This document shows, one piece after another, positions 50,290 through 61,564 of a stretch of DNA of 64,000 bases. The DNA comes from Diadema antillarum (lineage: Eukaryota). A program made the position numbers and the translations under genes. The number at the start of each line of letters is the position of its first letter. Position 1 is the first letter of the stretch. The stretch is taken from NCBI RefSeq assembly GCF_040938485.1, contig NW_027271875.1, positions 124,001 to 188,000 of the forward strand, given 5' to 3'. Under the pieces are notes generated by a model. It did no database searches. It worked only from the letters and a program-made list of their open reading frames with translations, and had not been told where the DNA came from.

Positions 50290-51498
50290 TTGCATGAATG
50301 AGCACCAATTTAGCGGAGCACATCAGTAAAGTTTGAAGTGATTTGGACAGGATTTTCAAAAGTTATGAATTTCTTGAAATGTAATTGATCTCTGTGTCAT
50401 CATCACCAGATGGGAAGGCTACAAGAATATGTATGACATCACAATGGTACAACTTTGATGAAGAAGTGTGAAGAGCATCTGACAAAATATCATTCTTTAC
50501 AGAAAAGTGCACATTATCTTGACCTGTTAATGACATATGTGACCTTGCACCACAAAACCAACAAAAAGTCGCAAGACGTGGATTTTCAGTTAAGGGCAGA
50601 TTCTGAAAGAGCAGACTCTAAGCTTTGAAATGATGAATAACTCAATTCAAATGGACTCCCCTAACCTACCTAAATGCTGGAAAGAAAGCACACACTCTGG
50701 AAAAGTGTGAACTGAGAAAAGAGGCTCTGAAGTACACGGTCTATTCAAGCGCTTAATCTTTACCAAGCCGTGCTAGCTGTGCCATGAAAGGGACAAAACA
50801 CAGGATGTAAACCACTGGAGCAACAACAGTGAAGTGATTATCAGATTAAGCTGAAATTACGCAGGTTCTATTAGCACATTCTGCCCATGATTAGTGCTAA
50901 CTTTCAAAGCAGTAGCATTATCCTTTCAAAAGTTTTTAGACTTGAAAGTGAAGAGTGAGCAAAGGATTTCAAGACATGAAAAGAGGCCTCTAAATCATAC
51001 CTGATCATTCTACTCTTCCGCAAAAAAGGGTTGAAGAAAAACTGTTAAAAACACACTTTCCCATTCATGTTAAGATACCAAACTGAAGAATAATGAAGAA
51101 GAAGGATAGCTCTTTCAAAAAATATGAAAAACTCAAGATTGACTTGGTTGAACCATTTCACCTTTTTTGAGTCCTCACTTAAAATCAAGGGGTGCGACTC
51201 TTTGTTTGTTTTGTGGTGCACGGTCATGCACATATGTTCATGTTAATACAGTATCATTCCCCCATCTTCTGAAGGAGGCAAGTCAAGTACTTTTTCATTA
51301 TGCTTGAAAAATGAAAATGCATGAATTTTGTGTATATTGTTCCACTCCTTTGACGTCACAAATTGTCATAGCCTTCTCATCCAGAAATAGCAGCATGATG
51401 AACAGATCACCTCAATTTTCCTTTAACTTTACTGTTGTGTGCCACTTGTATTTCTGCATGCACTAAAATCTAAACATATATTTGGAGTAAATTCCCCT
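50290..51498. mobile_element. Kolobok-like MITE (left end degenerate), host of the TGTGAC element
   Basis: Right end ..AAATTCCCCT|TTAA. The interior matches the uninterrupted fragment at 55097-55390. The left boundary is approximate. Confidence 0.5.
50538..51232 (+). mobile_element. TGTGAC-ended, TA-flanked TIR element, nested in a Kolobok-like MITE
   Basis: TA|TGTGACCTTGCACCACAAAACC ... TTTTGTGGTGCACGGTCA(TG)CACA|TA. The host sequence rejoins across it, as seen by comparison with 55097-55160. Confidence 0.75.
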
Positions 51499-51502
51499 TT
51501 AA

Positions 51503-52223
51503 CTCTTTATGTGCCACGTTCGCACGTCCGACTCAGTCGACGGCGTGCCAACTTCGCATACTGTAAAACATGATATATTCGCAGCATGAAATTTTCGCGA
51601 ATTGGAGCTGACAGCCTTTTTCATGGCATGAAATTTTCGCAAAGTGCCACTGGCAGTCAATGCATACAGTGTAAACAAGAACTTTCGCGTGCATTTTAAT
51701 TTCGCGAATCTTGGCGCTCGCGAAATTCACGAAATTAAAGTGCACGCGAAAATTCCTCGTTTTACAGTATTCTGCTCAAATACAACAATCCGCCGAATCC
51801 GATCAATAAATAGCCAAATACTGCGGATACCGCGGTACAATGAAAGCGTTTCTCGCGCTTCCGTTCCTCTCACATACAGCTTGGATTTCATGTAGTGATT
51901 GATTTTCAAGAGGTGTTCTCTGACTGGATTTGAGAGTAATTTCTAAGTTCCTGTCACTGTTTTGTGTGCAAAAGTTACGCCTTTGCAGTAATGTAGCTAC
52001 TCGTCATTTCAAAGAAAAACAATCATACATTTGTCATACAATAATACATCAAAGCAAGGCTTGGCATTCTCTCTACAACTTTACTCACTATTTGTCCAGA
52101 TCAACAGAAATCTATAGAAGTTACATAGACTTGAAAAACAGAATAGTGCTCTCAAAGCATGAAACCGTTAGTGTCTCAGAATAATGTGGCACAAAGGGGG
52201 TTTCCACCATGGCACATGAAGAG
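51503..52223 (+). mobile_element. piggyBac-like non-autonomous element, interrupted by a TA-MITE
   Basis: TTAA|CTCTTTATGTGCCA ... TGGCACATGAAGAG|TTAA, with a perfect TTAA TSD. Homologous to 18150-18462. Confidence 0.8.
51561..51767 (+). mobile_element. TA-flanked MITE (CTGTAAA..TTTACAG family), nested insertion
   Basis: TA|CTGTAAAAC ... GTTTTACAG|TA. The empty site CTTCGCA-TA-TTCCGCTC in the paralogous host (18206-18207) shows the TA duplication directly. Confidence 0.9.
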
Positions 52224-54808
52224 TTAAGCATAATTTATGTTTACCATTGCTTTCAGTATATCTGCAATGGTTATCAACTACATGTATACAAGTTTGTTAA
52301 TTCAAGTAATATCCTCATGATGCCAGAATGCTGGCCATAACTGACAATGAAGTTTGCGGACAAACTGTGCCACTGTGCTCAAACTCATGTTTGGTGTCCA
52401 CAAAATTTAATCTGGCATCCTTGTGTAAGCAGTACGCAGCAAGCGATGTGTACTGTTTTTCACGCAGGTGTTCATATAAATGTTGAGTAGGACAGCCAAA
52501 TCGACTCACAAATAGTAACAAAGACGTGTCCATAGAGACAGATAACATTTTGTAGTAAACTTGTGAAAAGCTATAGAAGGGGAGGGGGGGTAAACCCAAT
52601 TTGGAGCTCCCCCGTGCGTGTTCTCTTGCCAGAGACTCCACTTGTGTTGATGAACTCACATTCAGAAGAAGCAGGTAACAGGTATTATCAAAGTGTGCAC
52701 CATTGGCCCATCCAGCACTTCGAATCTGGAGTAATCTCATTTAGCTCCCCCCGGCGCTCTCAAAACACCTGTTTCATTTTCTCATACATTTCATGTCTTC
52801 GAGACCTTAATAAAGGAGAGTCAAGGGGGGAAAAAGGCAAAATGGAAGGATTTTGGATATGAAATGGACGAGAAAAAAAAAATGATTGCAAGTTCTCTAA
52901 GAGTGCATGAAGTATGAGAAATCTTTGAATGGGAAATAAAGTACAGCATGATAAAATGGTTACCACTAGATATTGCATACAGAAGAGAATACTCAACCTG
53001 GCTTCAAAAATAGTCAAGCGACTGTTTTCCTTGAATAAAACCATTCACACTGAGATAAAAGGCTGACATAGAATACAGTTACGAATAAAATTCACGACTG
53101 TCTTTCCATCTGTTTTCCATCACTGCATTCATATAGAGTAAATGGAAAATTTATCATACCTTGAGACTGCACCAAATGAAAACATGGCAAAAGCTCCATG
53201 CTGTATTATATATACCCCAAGTGCTTCACACTTTGTCTCATGAATCTCTCCCCACGACGGTACTGTCTGTGGCTACGAAATTGCTCACATGGACGATGGG
53301 AGGGGAGGGGGGAGAAAAAAAATCAAGATAAATCGGTGCATTTTAGACAGGTGATAAAGCATTTCCATGGGGAGAGAAAAACAGGAAGTTGCGCACATTA
53401 AACACAAATGTGCCGCACTGCTGTATGCATTTAAATTGATACGTGACGCTTTCTTATCCCTCCCAGAGGCAACGGTATCAAGTTTCCATCAAACTGTCTG
53501 AACTCCATATCAATTCACACTCTGGCTTCAAAAGTACACGGCTGCCGTCAGCAGGCAGAAAATACAGCTCTGTTCATTGACAAAGAAAATTGAACGGACT
53601 GAGGGAGCGAGAAAGACAGATGCAATTGGAGAAAAAGTTAGAGAGAGATAGAGAGAGTAAAAATTGAAGAGGGCGATAAAAAAGTAGGTAGAAAAAAAAA
53701 GAGGGAAAGCAGGAGAGATAGAAAAGATGGAAGAGAGAGAGAGAAAGAGAGCTAGAAAGGAGAAAGGAAAACTGCTCAAGATGAATAAACATGCATATGA
53801 GAATATATACAAAAGTTTAAAAATCAGTAAAATATAGAATAATGAACAAGAAAGATAAAAGCACAGAAAAAAGAGCCAAAAAAAAAAAACACCCCAAAAA
53901 TGCTAATCAGATGCGAGGGAGTTAAAAAAAGATATGCCAGATGAAAAACAAACAAACAAACAAACAAGGAATAGACAAACAGTCAGACCATCCAGAACAG
54001 AACAATAGAATATTGCATACTCCAAACATTTCATGAGGTTTTTCTTTTCATAAATTTTGTGAGTCAGGTGCTATTCGTGAATTTAAAGACATGCAAAAAT
54101 AATGCCTCTAGTCCCAATGTGAATGTAATGTGCACTCATACATTTCTCCATTCTGTACAACACCAATGATTGCAAATTTAACCACTCATAAAACTTTTGG
54201 AAAGTCCCTATTTATAATGAACTAAACTCACTACATATATGGCATATACAGCCCCTATTCTTCTACAGTGGATGTTTGTTTGTGTTACTATGATGGCTGT
54301 TCTTTCACATCCCCCCCCCCCAATGCTTTGATATTTCTCATAATTGCTTCAACAGCTGAATGCTTGCCACACATCATCAGAAAACTCTTCATGCAAGATA
54401 ATTAGTCTATTGCACTTAGTCAATTTCTAACATAATTTTTCCCCTATTCTTTTCTTCGTCTTCATTTTGTGACTGCTGCCGGCCATTTAACGGACACTTA
54501 AACATCTTAACAACTCTGGAACACAGCTGCTACCCTTTCATGCGCTGCAAAGTGGCAAGCTTTCAAGAAGGTGTGGAGGGATCCTCCTTACCCCCCCCCC
54601 CCCCCCCCCCCCCCCCCACTTGCCCCTCCTATTAGCCATTGCAGAGAACTGCGTATATCTGGGTCCTGGCATGTCAATGACCTCGTGCTGTAACCTCGCC
54701 GAGGGCGCTTTCCCAGGTAAGCAGGTGCTTCTATCTCAAGTCCCTCCCCCCCCCCCCCACCCCTTCACTCTTTTCTGTTCCATCTCTACCAATGCTCAAA
54801 GAGAAACA

Positions 54809-55022
54809 CTGTAAGCTGTTATCTTTGAGAGGGTTTAATTTTTGCAAATTTTGCCAATCACTGCTAGACCGTGAATTGAACAACACATGAAAATGTCACT
54901 ATACACTAGGCTAATATTGGATTTACGATAGCCTTGGTGTCAAATCATGAAAATAACATCTCACTAAAATGTGCATGATCTCCTTATTCGCGAAAATATC
55001 TGTACGTGAACAGCTTATACAG
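54809..55022. mobile_element. Related CTGT..ACAG MITE, second subfamily
   Basis: CTGTAAGCTGTT ... AACAGCTTATACAG|TA terminal inverted repeats. Confidence 0.55.
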
Positions 55023-55639
55023 TACACATGTTTACTAAGGGAGGGGTCTGATTTTATGCTGGAGACAAAAGCAAGTTCCACAAAACTTCATTGTTTTTTT
55101 AAAGTACACATTATCTTGACTTGTTAGTATGGTTGATATTATTCCTCCACCTTCTGGGAGAATCGAATCAAATGCTCCGTGAGAAAAGTACAAATATGTT
55201 GAGATTTCTTTACATTTTCTTTGTATTACTCTACGTACAAGATATGTGACATCACAAGCTGCAGCAGTCTTCTCATCCAGAAATAGCGGCACTGAAACTT
55301 CAAAAAAATCATAACTTTTGAAGGTATCGTCTGATTTTCCTCAAACTTTCACTGATGCGTTCTACTGATACTACTGCATTCTCTCAATCCATCTATGTAT
55401 AATAAGGCAAACTTGTTCGAAATGAGATAGATGGGGGCTAAGTCATATAGTGCTTTATACATGATGAGAAGGAGCTTAAATCAAATTCTCTGACATACTG
55501 GAAGCCAGTGCAGATCATAGAAGTGAGAATTGGGGGATTTGCAATTGAGTTTGTCGCATGTATTTCGTACACTTTGTTATACACACACCTATCTGCAATT
55601 CAACCTTAATACCCCCATTCCACAGAGATTTTCTATCGT

Positions 55640-55920
55640 CTGTCACTCATCGGAAGCTAACTTTATCGCTTCCGGCCACCCATCGAAGTGTATCAGATCA
55701 CAGTCCAATAATGGATCCGACTTGTGTTGGTCAACTATCAGGTCAGTGTCAAACATGTTGGGCGGTGGTCTGACGAGGCAAGATTGTCTGCGATGAGGAT
55801 CATGTCTGACACTCACCTGATACTCCACCAACCAAGTCGGATTCATCAGATTGCGATCCGATACACTTCCGTGGGTGGCCAGAAGCAACAATCTCGTCCT
55901 TAGCTTCCGATGAGTGACTG
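55640..55920. mobile_element. Foldback MITE with ~120-bp imperfect arms
   Basis: C(T/A)GTCACTCATCGGAAGCTAA at both ends, inverted. Arms 55640-55757 and 55801-55920 are complementary along their length, with a 43-nt loop. Confidence 0.75.
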
Positions 55921-56534
55921 ATGATAAGAATTCTCAGTGGAATGGGGTATTAATAATGTGTTTCCACAGTTTGCTAAATATTCTCTAGTCGGATGGAATT
56001 GAAATGTCATGAATTCATTGTCCATTTGAATTTTTACAATTTCTCTTGGATCTACAATATTAGACACCACAGAAAAAGCTTTAAAAAAAACCAACCAGCA
56101 GGTTATGAACTCATACAAGGAAGATAAATTATACAAATTTAAGTGTGTGTGTGTGTGTGTGCATAGTATAGGGCTGATAAGTATTTTTTTGTATATATAT
56201 ATTTTTTTTTAATTTTAATTTTTGCACAATATGCTATTTAGCAACTGTATTTTGTATAATTCTGTTTTGGGCCCCAACAACAAGCACCAGATGCTTCAAA
56301 GGGGTCCCGGCATTAATTTCCAAACTATGTGCATGTATGTTTATACACATTGTTTTTGTTTTTACTGTGTACATAATGTACTTTTGATTTATTTTGTGCC
56401 GAATAAATTGAATTGAAGTCAACCAACAGGAGTCATGTGGAGTACTGCAGTCGTTTGCTCTCTTATTCGCCTAGTAAGAATGGAGGAATGTGATTGCAAT
56501 TGTTAATTTCTCACTCACCCAACGCTGCACTCAC

Positions 56535-56637
56535 CACCTTCCAGGTTGAAGTCTTGATCACCGAACTCGCGAACACCGTCGCCAGCTTGGTGCCCTCTCC
56601 GCCAAACACGCAAGAAGGACTCCCTAATTGCCAGAGT
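56535..56637 (-). other. Candidate internal exon (103 nt), product unrecognised
   Basis: Strong acceptor (gttt)n-gttgcag| and donor GTG|gtgagt, and the segment is GC-rich. Two frames are open: TLAIRESFLRVWRRGHQAGDGVREFGDQDFNLEG (phase 0-1) and xLWQLGSPSCVFGGEGTKLATVFASSVIKTSTWKV (phase 2-0). Confidence 0.4.
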
Positions 56638-57163
56638 CTGCAACAAACAAACAAACATAAGAGCAATTTGATTGATCATTCGCCATTAATGTGCAGTAAT
56701 GGGTACACACTGCTTTCTCTGTTGCTGGTTTGTTTGCTTATCTTTGTTTTTTGCATTTTTTTGGTTTTAACTTTCAGTGCTCTGGGATTTATTCATTCTT
56801 GCAAAATGCACAAAATATGCACAAAAGTTCACATGACATGTACGTAGGTCCCTGGAGTATAGAAGGGTCCCCGCCAATGCTAGGGTAAAACACGAAAAAT
56901 AAACAAAGAAAAAAGACCAACATTTGCACTGAAGTACCTACCCTGGGTGAATAAGACCATATGCACAATCTGTTATTATAATGACTGCAAATGTATATGG
57001 AAATAAGCTTTTAAAAAACACAACTGAAAATGGTGAAGTTACTTCTTCTGAGTTCAATCATATTGAACTGGCACGAAAAAAAATATATACATGTATAACT
57101 CAAATGAAACATATACCAAGAAGTAAGTCTTCAATAACATACAAATCAGCAACTACAAATATC

Positions 57164-57412
57164 TGAAGAGTTTGTTTGCAAAAACCGACAAGTCCATTTT
57201 TGAAGATTTTGAAGTACGGTCTCTGTCATAAAGTACAAAATAATACCTTTTAAATGATATATTGGTCACTACATATAAAGGTATTTTTTTGAAGTTATGG
57301 TCAAAAGAAGCAAAAATTTTCTTATAATTCTCTTTATTTTTCTTGACCTTTAATCGCAAATATCTCCATTTGACAAATATGGACTTATCGGTTTTTGCAA
57401 ACAAACTCTTCA
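57164..57412. mobile_element. MITE with a 25-bp perfect TIR
   Basis: TGAAGAGTTTGTTTGCAAAAACCGA and TCGGTTTTTGCAAACAAACTCTTCA. The TIR extends to about 33 bp with one mismatch. Confidence 0.8.
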
Positions 57413-57861
57413 TCTGTATACCTATGATATATGTTCATATGTACGTATGAACATATGCCTTTTTTGTACATTTTGTACATGTACACATCTACAAATAAAT
57501 ATACATTTACACTGTACATACACATTTGTGAAGGAATCACTACATTTTTGTTGTTTTAAATTTGCTAATAACATTTTTTTCCAACATATTCTTGCTAAGA
57601 TCTCCATGCAGGCTGGTAAACATGTTCAAAGTTTAATGCTCTGTGACATAATGTCAAAGTATCTACTTTAGTAACACACTTTCCCATGCAATATCACCTT
57701 GTACCTCTTGGGTTTGAAAAGCGAATGCTACAATGCTAGAATTAGGCTGCTACCATAAACATGTACTCATGAAATGAATTTCTGTCAAAACATGATTGGT
57801 TTACCACCCCATCATACCATCGTAATGTTCTCTATTTGAAGAACTTATGGCATACATTTAA

Positions 57862-58244
57862 AGGGATGGTACAGTCTTGGTGGAGATGAGAATTGGGCTT
57901 TTAACTTTTTGTGAGATACCAAGAAAACACTTATGATATAGTACAGAGCATACCATTTCAAAAAGAATTGAAAGTTTATTTGATGTAGATCGGGTTTGGA
58001 ATGACTGAAACATCCAAAAACAAAGTAAAACAAAGCGATCGTAATAAAATGTGGGTCCCACACTTCATTAGAATTGCTCTTTCTTGGATATCTCAGCCAT
58101 TTCAAAACCAATTTTCATCAAATGAACATTGAATTCCTCATAGAATTATGTGCTCTTTCATATTTCAATAAGAGGTCTCTCATTATTTCACCAAAAAATG
58201 TTAGAAACCTGGAATTAGGTCTCAACCAAAACTGTACGATCCCT
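57862..58244. mobile_element. Kolobok-like MITE
   Basis: TTAA|AGGGATGGTACAGT ... ACTGTACGATCCCT|TTAA. Confidence 0.8.
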
Positions 58245-58825
58245 TTAAACGATTCACTACACAGTCACTGTCACATTGTATCACTGCACATAGTTTAATT
58301 GTATACTAGTACATGTAATAATACCCAGTAATTCTGACTACGAGGATATTGCATAATTTGATAATCGATAACATTTAGAATAGATCTTTTAAACTAGGAC
58401 TTCTCTTTTGACAGAATAAACAAAGATGAGATGGGAAGTGAAATATACTCTTCTGTTTCATAACTGCTCGTTAGTGATAGCATGTGGGATGATGCATGAT
58501 ATGCGATTCTTTCAATTTATATTTGGGGTTCTCATTCAATCTGATTTGGGCTTGATGTGGCAATCTGGGTAGCCACCTCAATTCTTGTAGTGCTTCCTTA
58601 GAGTGCCCTGTAGCAGTCTCCAGACCTAGAATCTGATCATTAGAAAGATGAACAAATGATAGTGCACTAGCGAAGAGGCAAATTCCACCAATGCCATGCC
58701 TACACTTTATCTACAGAACCTGCTTAGTCCTTCTTCCAACAGCTACTACTGGGGCAAACATCAAGTGATACCTTATCATAGTAACTTTTTATGTGCAGAT
58801 ATGCTCTAGCATGAGCAATACTTAA

Positions 58826-59250
58826 AGGTGCATAGTTCGGTAGTGTACAGGGTGCTGTTGATGATACTGGCAATTACCATCAGCATTGATACGAAGATAA
58901 CCAAAGTTGAGCTGTCATAAAGAGTAAAGTGCGTAGGTGTTGCTAAGTAACATTGCCTTCGTTGTCTTCTCTGCGCATCGCGCAGTCTCGTAGTAATGCC
59001 AGGGTGCGTGCATATGTGCTTGTTATTATGACATCATAAAAGAAGTTTGCTAAAGCTGTCATCCCCCTCAGCCAAATCATGAGTTGAACTGTGATCCGAC
59101 CACTGACTACAGTGAATCGGACTTCTTCGGACTCGGGGAAGTGGGCCACAGCGTAGGCGCTAAAGAGGAGTCGATAGCGTAGGTCTCTATAGGAAACTTG
59201 CGCCATGCGCCCGCGTATGCATTTGACTAAAACGCCGAGACCATGCACCT
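58826..59250. mobile_element. Kolobok-like MITE, different family
   Basis: TTAA|AGGTGCATAGTTCGG ... CCGAGACCATGCACCT|TTAA. Confidence 0.75.
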
Positions 59251-60857
59251 TTAAAGTATCATGCTTTGATTAAAACAAGATGAAAAACAAAACTTATCCA
59301 CAAATGCCAATTGCATGTACATATTCAAGTTTGATAGTTCTGTCACAGTTGCACACTTTTTAAAATTTTTTTTTAAACAGAAGAAAACAATCAAGAAGAG
59401 ACTAAAAAGCACTAAAACTCAATTCCACCAATGAAAAAAATGGCTGTCTCTAGGAAGAAGTCACAGCATCAGTCTACGTTTGCAAAAATAGTGCACCACG
59501 ATCGACAATTTTCGATACAGTCATACAACAAATAAACATAGTCTCCATCACACTTTCAATTGGAGGAAAATACAAGAAAAACAAAACTCGGCTTGTTTTT
59601 TTCGTCTCATCTCCTCTGAACAGCAGGCCATTAACCTTTCGTATTACGTTCTGCAACCCGAGAGAATTGTGAAATATGCTCATATTGACTATGACGCATG
59701 TCATGTTATTTTCATGCCCAACCAGAGATCTAACGTCCAGAACAAATGACGATTTAATCAGATTAGAGCCAGTCGTGGCGACAGGAAAATAAAGAGAACA
59801 AGAGAACAAACACAAGTAGCTTGTCGTGATATTCAGAGAAAAGCCCCCAAGGAAAAGATGGGGATGGATGACTGTAATTTATCAGGGATAGAAAAGTAGT
59901 GATGCAGGACTTGAAATAAAAGAGAAAGATATTGAGGTGGTTGCTTCTCTTGTTCTTCTCTCTCGTCAGTCGAGGAAATTTTCTGATTGATGACAAGTCA
60001 TGTGACAATTATTAGCTCTTTGACTGAGCAAACACGGCCCGAACGAAATTGCAGCGAGGGCTTCCAGCCATGTCTTGTCGCAGCCTATGAGAGATTAAAC
60101 GAGACTCCTGAAATCTCCTAAACCGCTGCCCATGACAGTCCAGCGTTGATTCGCATCATTGTGTTTTGTGAAGTTTATTTTCCAGGAATTATACTAAATG
60201 CCACATGCTCATATTTCATATGATACAAATGTAAATCATAATTTATCTTTAACTTGTTGTATATTTTCAACATATTATTTTTTTTTATTCGTTGTCGTTA
60301 CATCTCTATAACTTAAAGTCTTGTCGAGACAGTGATATGCAACAGCAATCATGCAAAAATATTGGAATTTTCATATATAGATATCATTCTATCAAACATG
60401 CAATGATATAAATTCAGAAGCACGTCAGTGGAGTATGCATAGCAATCAATCTCTTAATGTTTGATACCATCTCATTTCTCAGACAAATTAAAACTTAACT
60501 AAATCTGACGAATAATAGAAAGTTGAATGCACATTCAGATGTTTTTAGTGAAGTAGCTGTAAAGAAATATAATAAAGAGTTCCTTTTTACAAAACTGCAG
60601 CTGAGTTGCATAAATTGCCAGGTCTACCACTAAGAATCGTCTTTGATAACAAATTAATTTCCCGAGTATCTAGACACATTGAAATGTTATGAAAAAACAA
60701 ACAAACAACAACCTAGAAAGAAGTCGCCTCGAAACATACCGTTAGATTGCAAAAATATTTGTGACACAAGGCAGTGCACCTCCTCACAAAAACTCCTTTC
60801 AATCAATTTACATTTGATCTGTTGTCGCTTTTTCTGATAAGTCTCTGTTTTCTTCAG

Positions 60858-61010
60858 AGAGCAGTCGAGTTTGGAATGGACGTCAGCACAGAAGGATCCT
60901 CGGCAGTAACCATGGCTGAGATTTCCGTACACGTCATATTTCAAGACATGATTGCAGCAGAGCAAAGCTGCAACATCGCGTGTGATGTGTCCAAATGCAT
61001 GACGTGTCAT
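60858..61010 (+). other. Candidate exon (153 nt, phase 0-0), product unrecognised
   Basis: Acceptor gtctctgttttcttcag| and donor CAT|gtaagt. Only frame 0 is open: RAVEFGMDVSTEGSSAVTMAEISVHVIFQDMIAAEQSCNIACDVSKCMTCH. Confidence 0.35.
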
Positions 61011-61355
61011 GTAAGTCCCACCAAATTATGGAGGGTCAGACTAACGGAGACGTCATACATCTTTAGCCAATACGTCATCATATATCTGTTTAAAGTAGCA
61101 AATATGGAGAGAAAAACAAATAAACAAAGTCTTTTACATGATGATGGAGAGTTGCTATCATCTAGCAAGTTCTTGGACTGTCAACCTACTTGTCTCTAGC
61201 AATAAAATCAAAGAAGCACAAACTACCATGAAGATAGGCGGAACTTTTTTTTTCTAAAGTGAAAATATTGACGTGTTGACTCAATGAAATTTTTAGCAGT
61301 TTTGTTTGTATACCAATTAATTTGTATAGGATTGTATCAGATAGGCGTCTGGTTA

Positions 61356-61564
61356 CTGTAAAACACGATATTTTCGCGGCATGACATTTTCGCGTATTGG
61401 AGCAGACGGTCTTTTTCGCGGCATGGAATTTTCACGAGTTGCCACTATCATTCGACGCACATTGTGTACGACAAGAACTTTCACATGCATATTAATTTCA
61501 CAAATCTTGGCTCTCGTGATATTTGCGAAATTAGAATGCTCGTGAACATTCCTCGTTTTTACAG
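61356..61564 (+). mobile_element. TA-flanked MITE, same family as 51561-51767
   Basis: TA|CTGTAAAACACG ... GTTTTTACAG|TA, with a colinear interior. Confidence 0.85.

Noticed and set aside
52315-52775. 141-aa minus ORF with a gtgagt donor and cag acceptor
   Set aside because: All three frames between that acceptor and donor contain stops, and the long ORF has no recognisable motif.
56560-56615. One frame of the candidate exon reads CVFGGEGTKLATV, resembling an immunoglobulin J segment (VFGGGTKLTVL)
   Set aside because: It needs two insertions to fit FGxG. There is no recombination signal sequence (CACAGTG/ACAAAAACC) and no V or C exon nearby, and that frame ends in phase 0 rather than the phase 1 of J segments.
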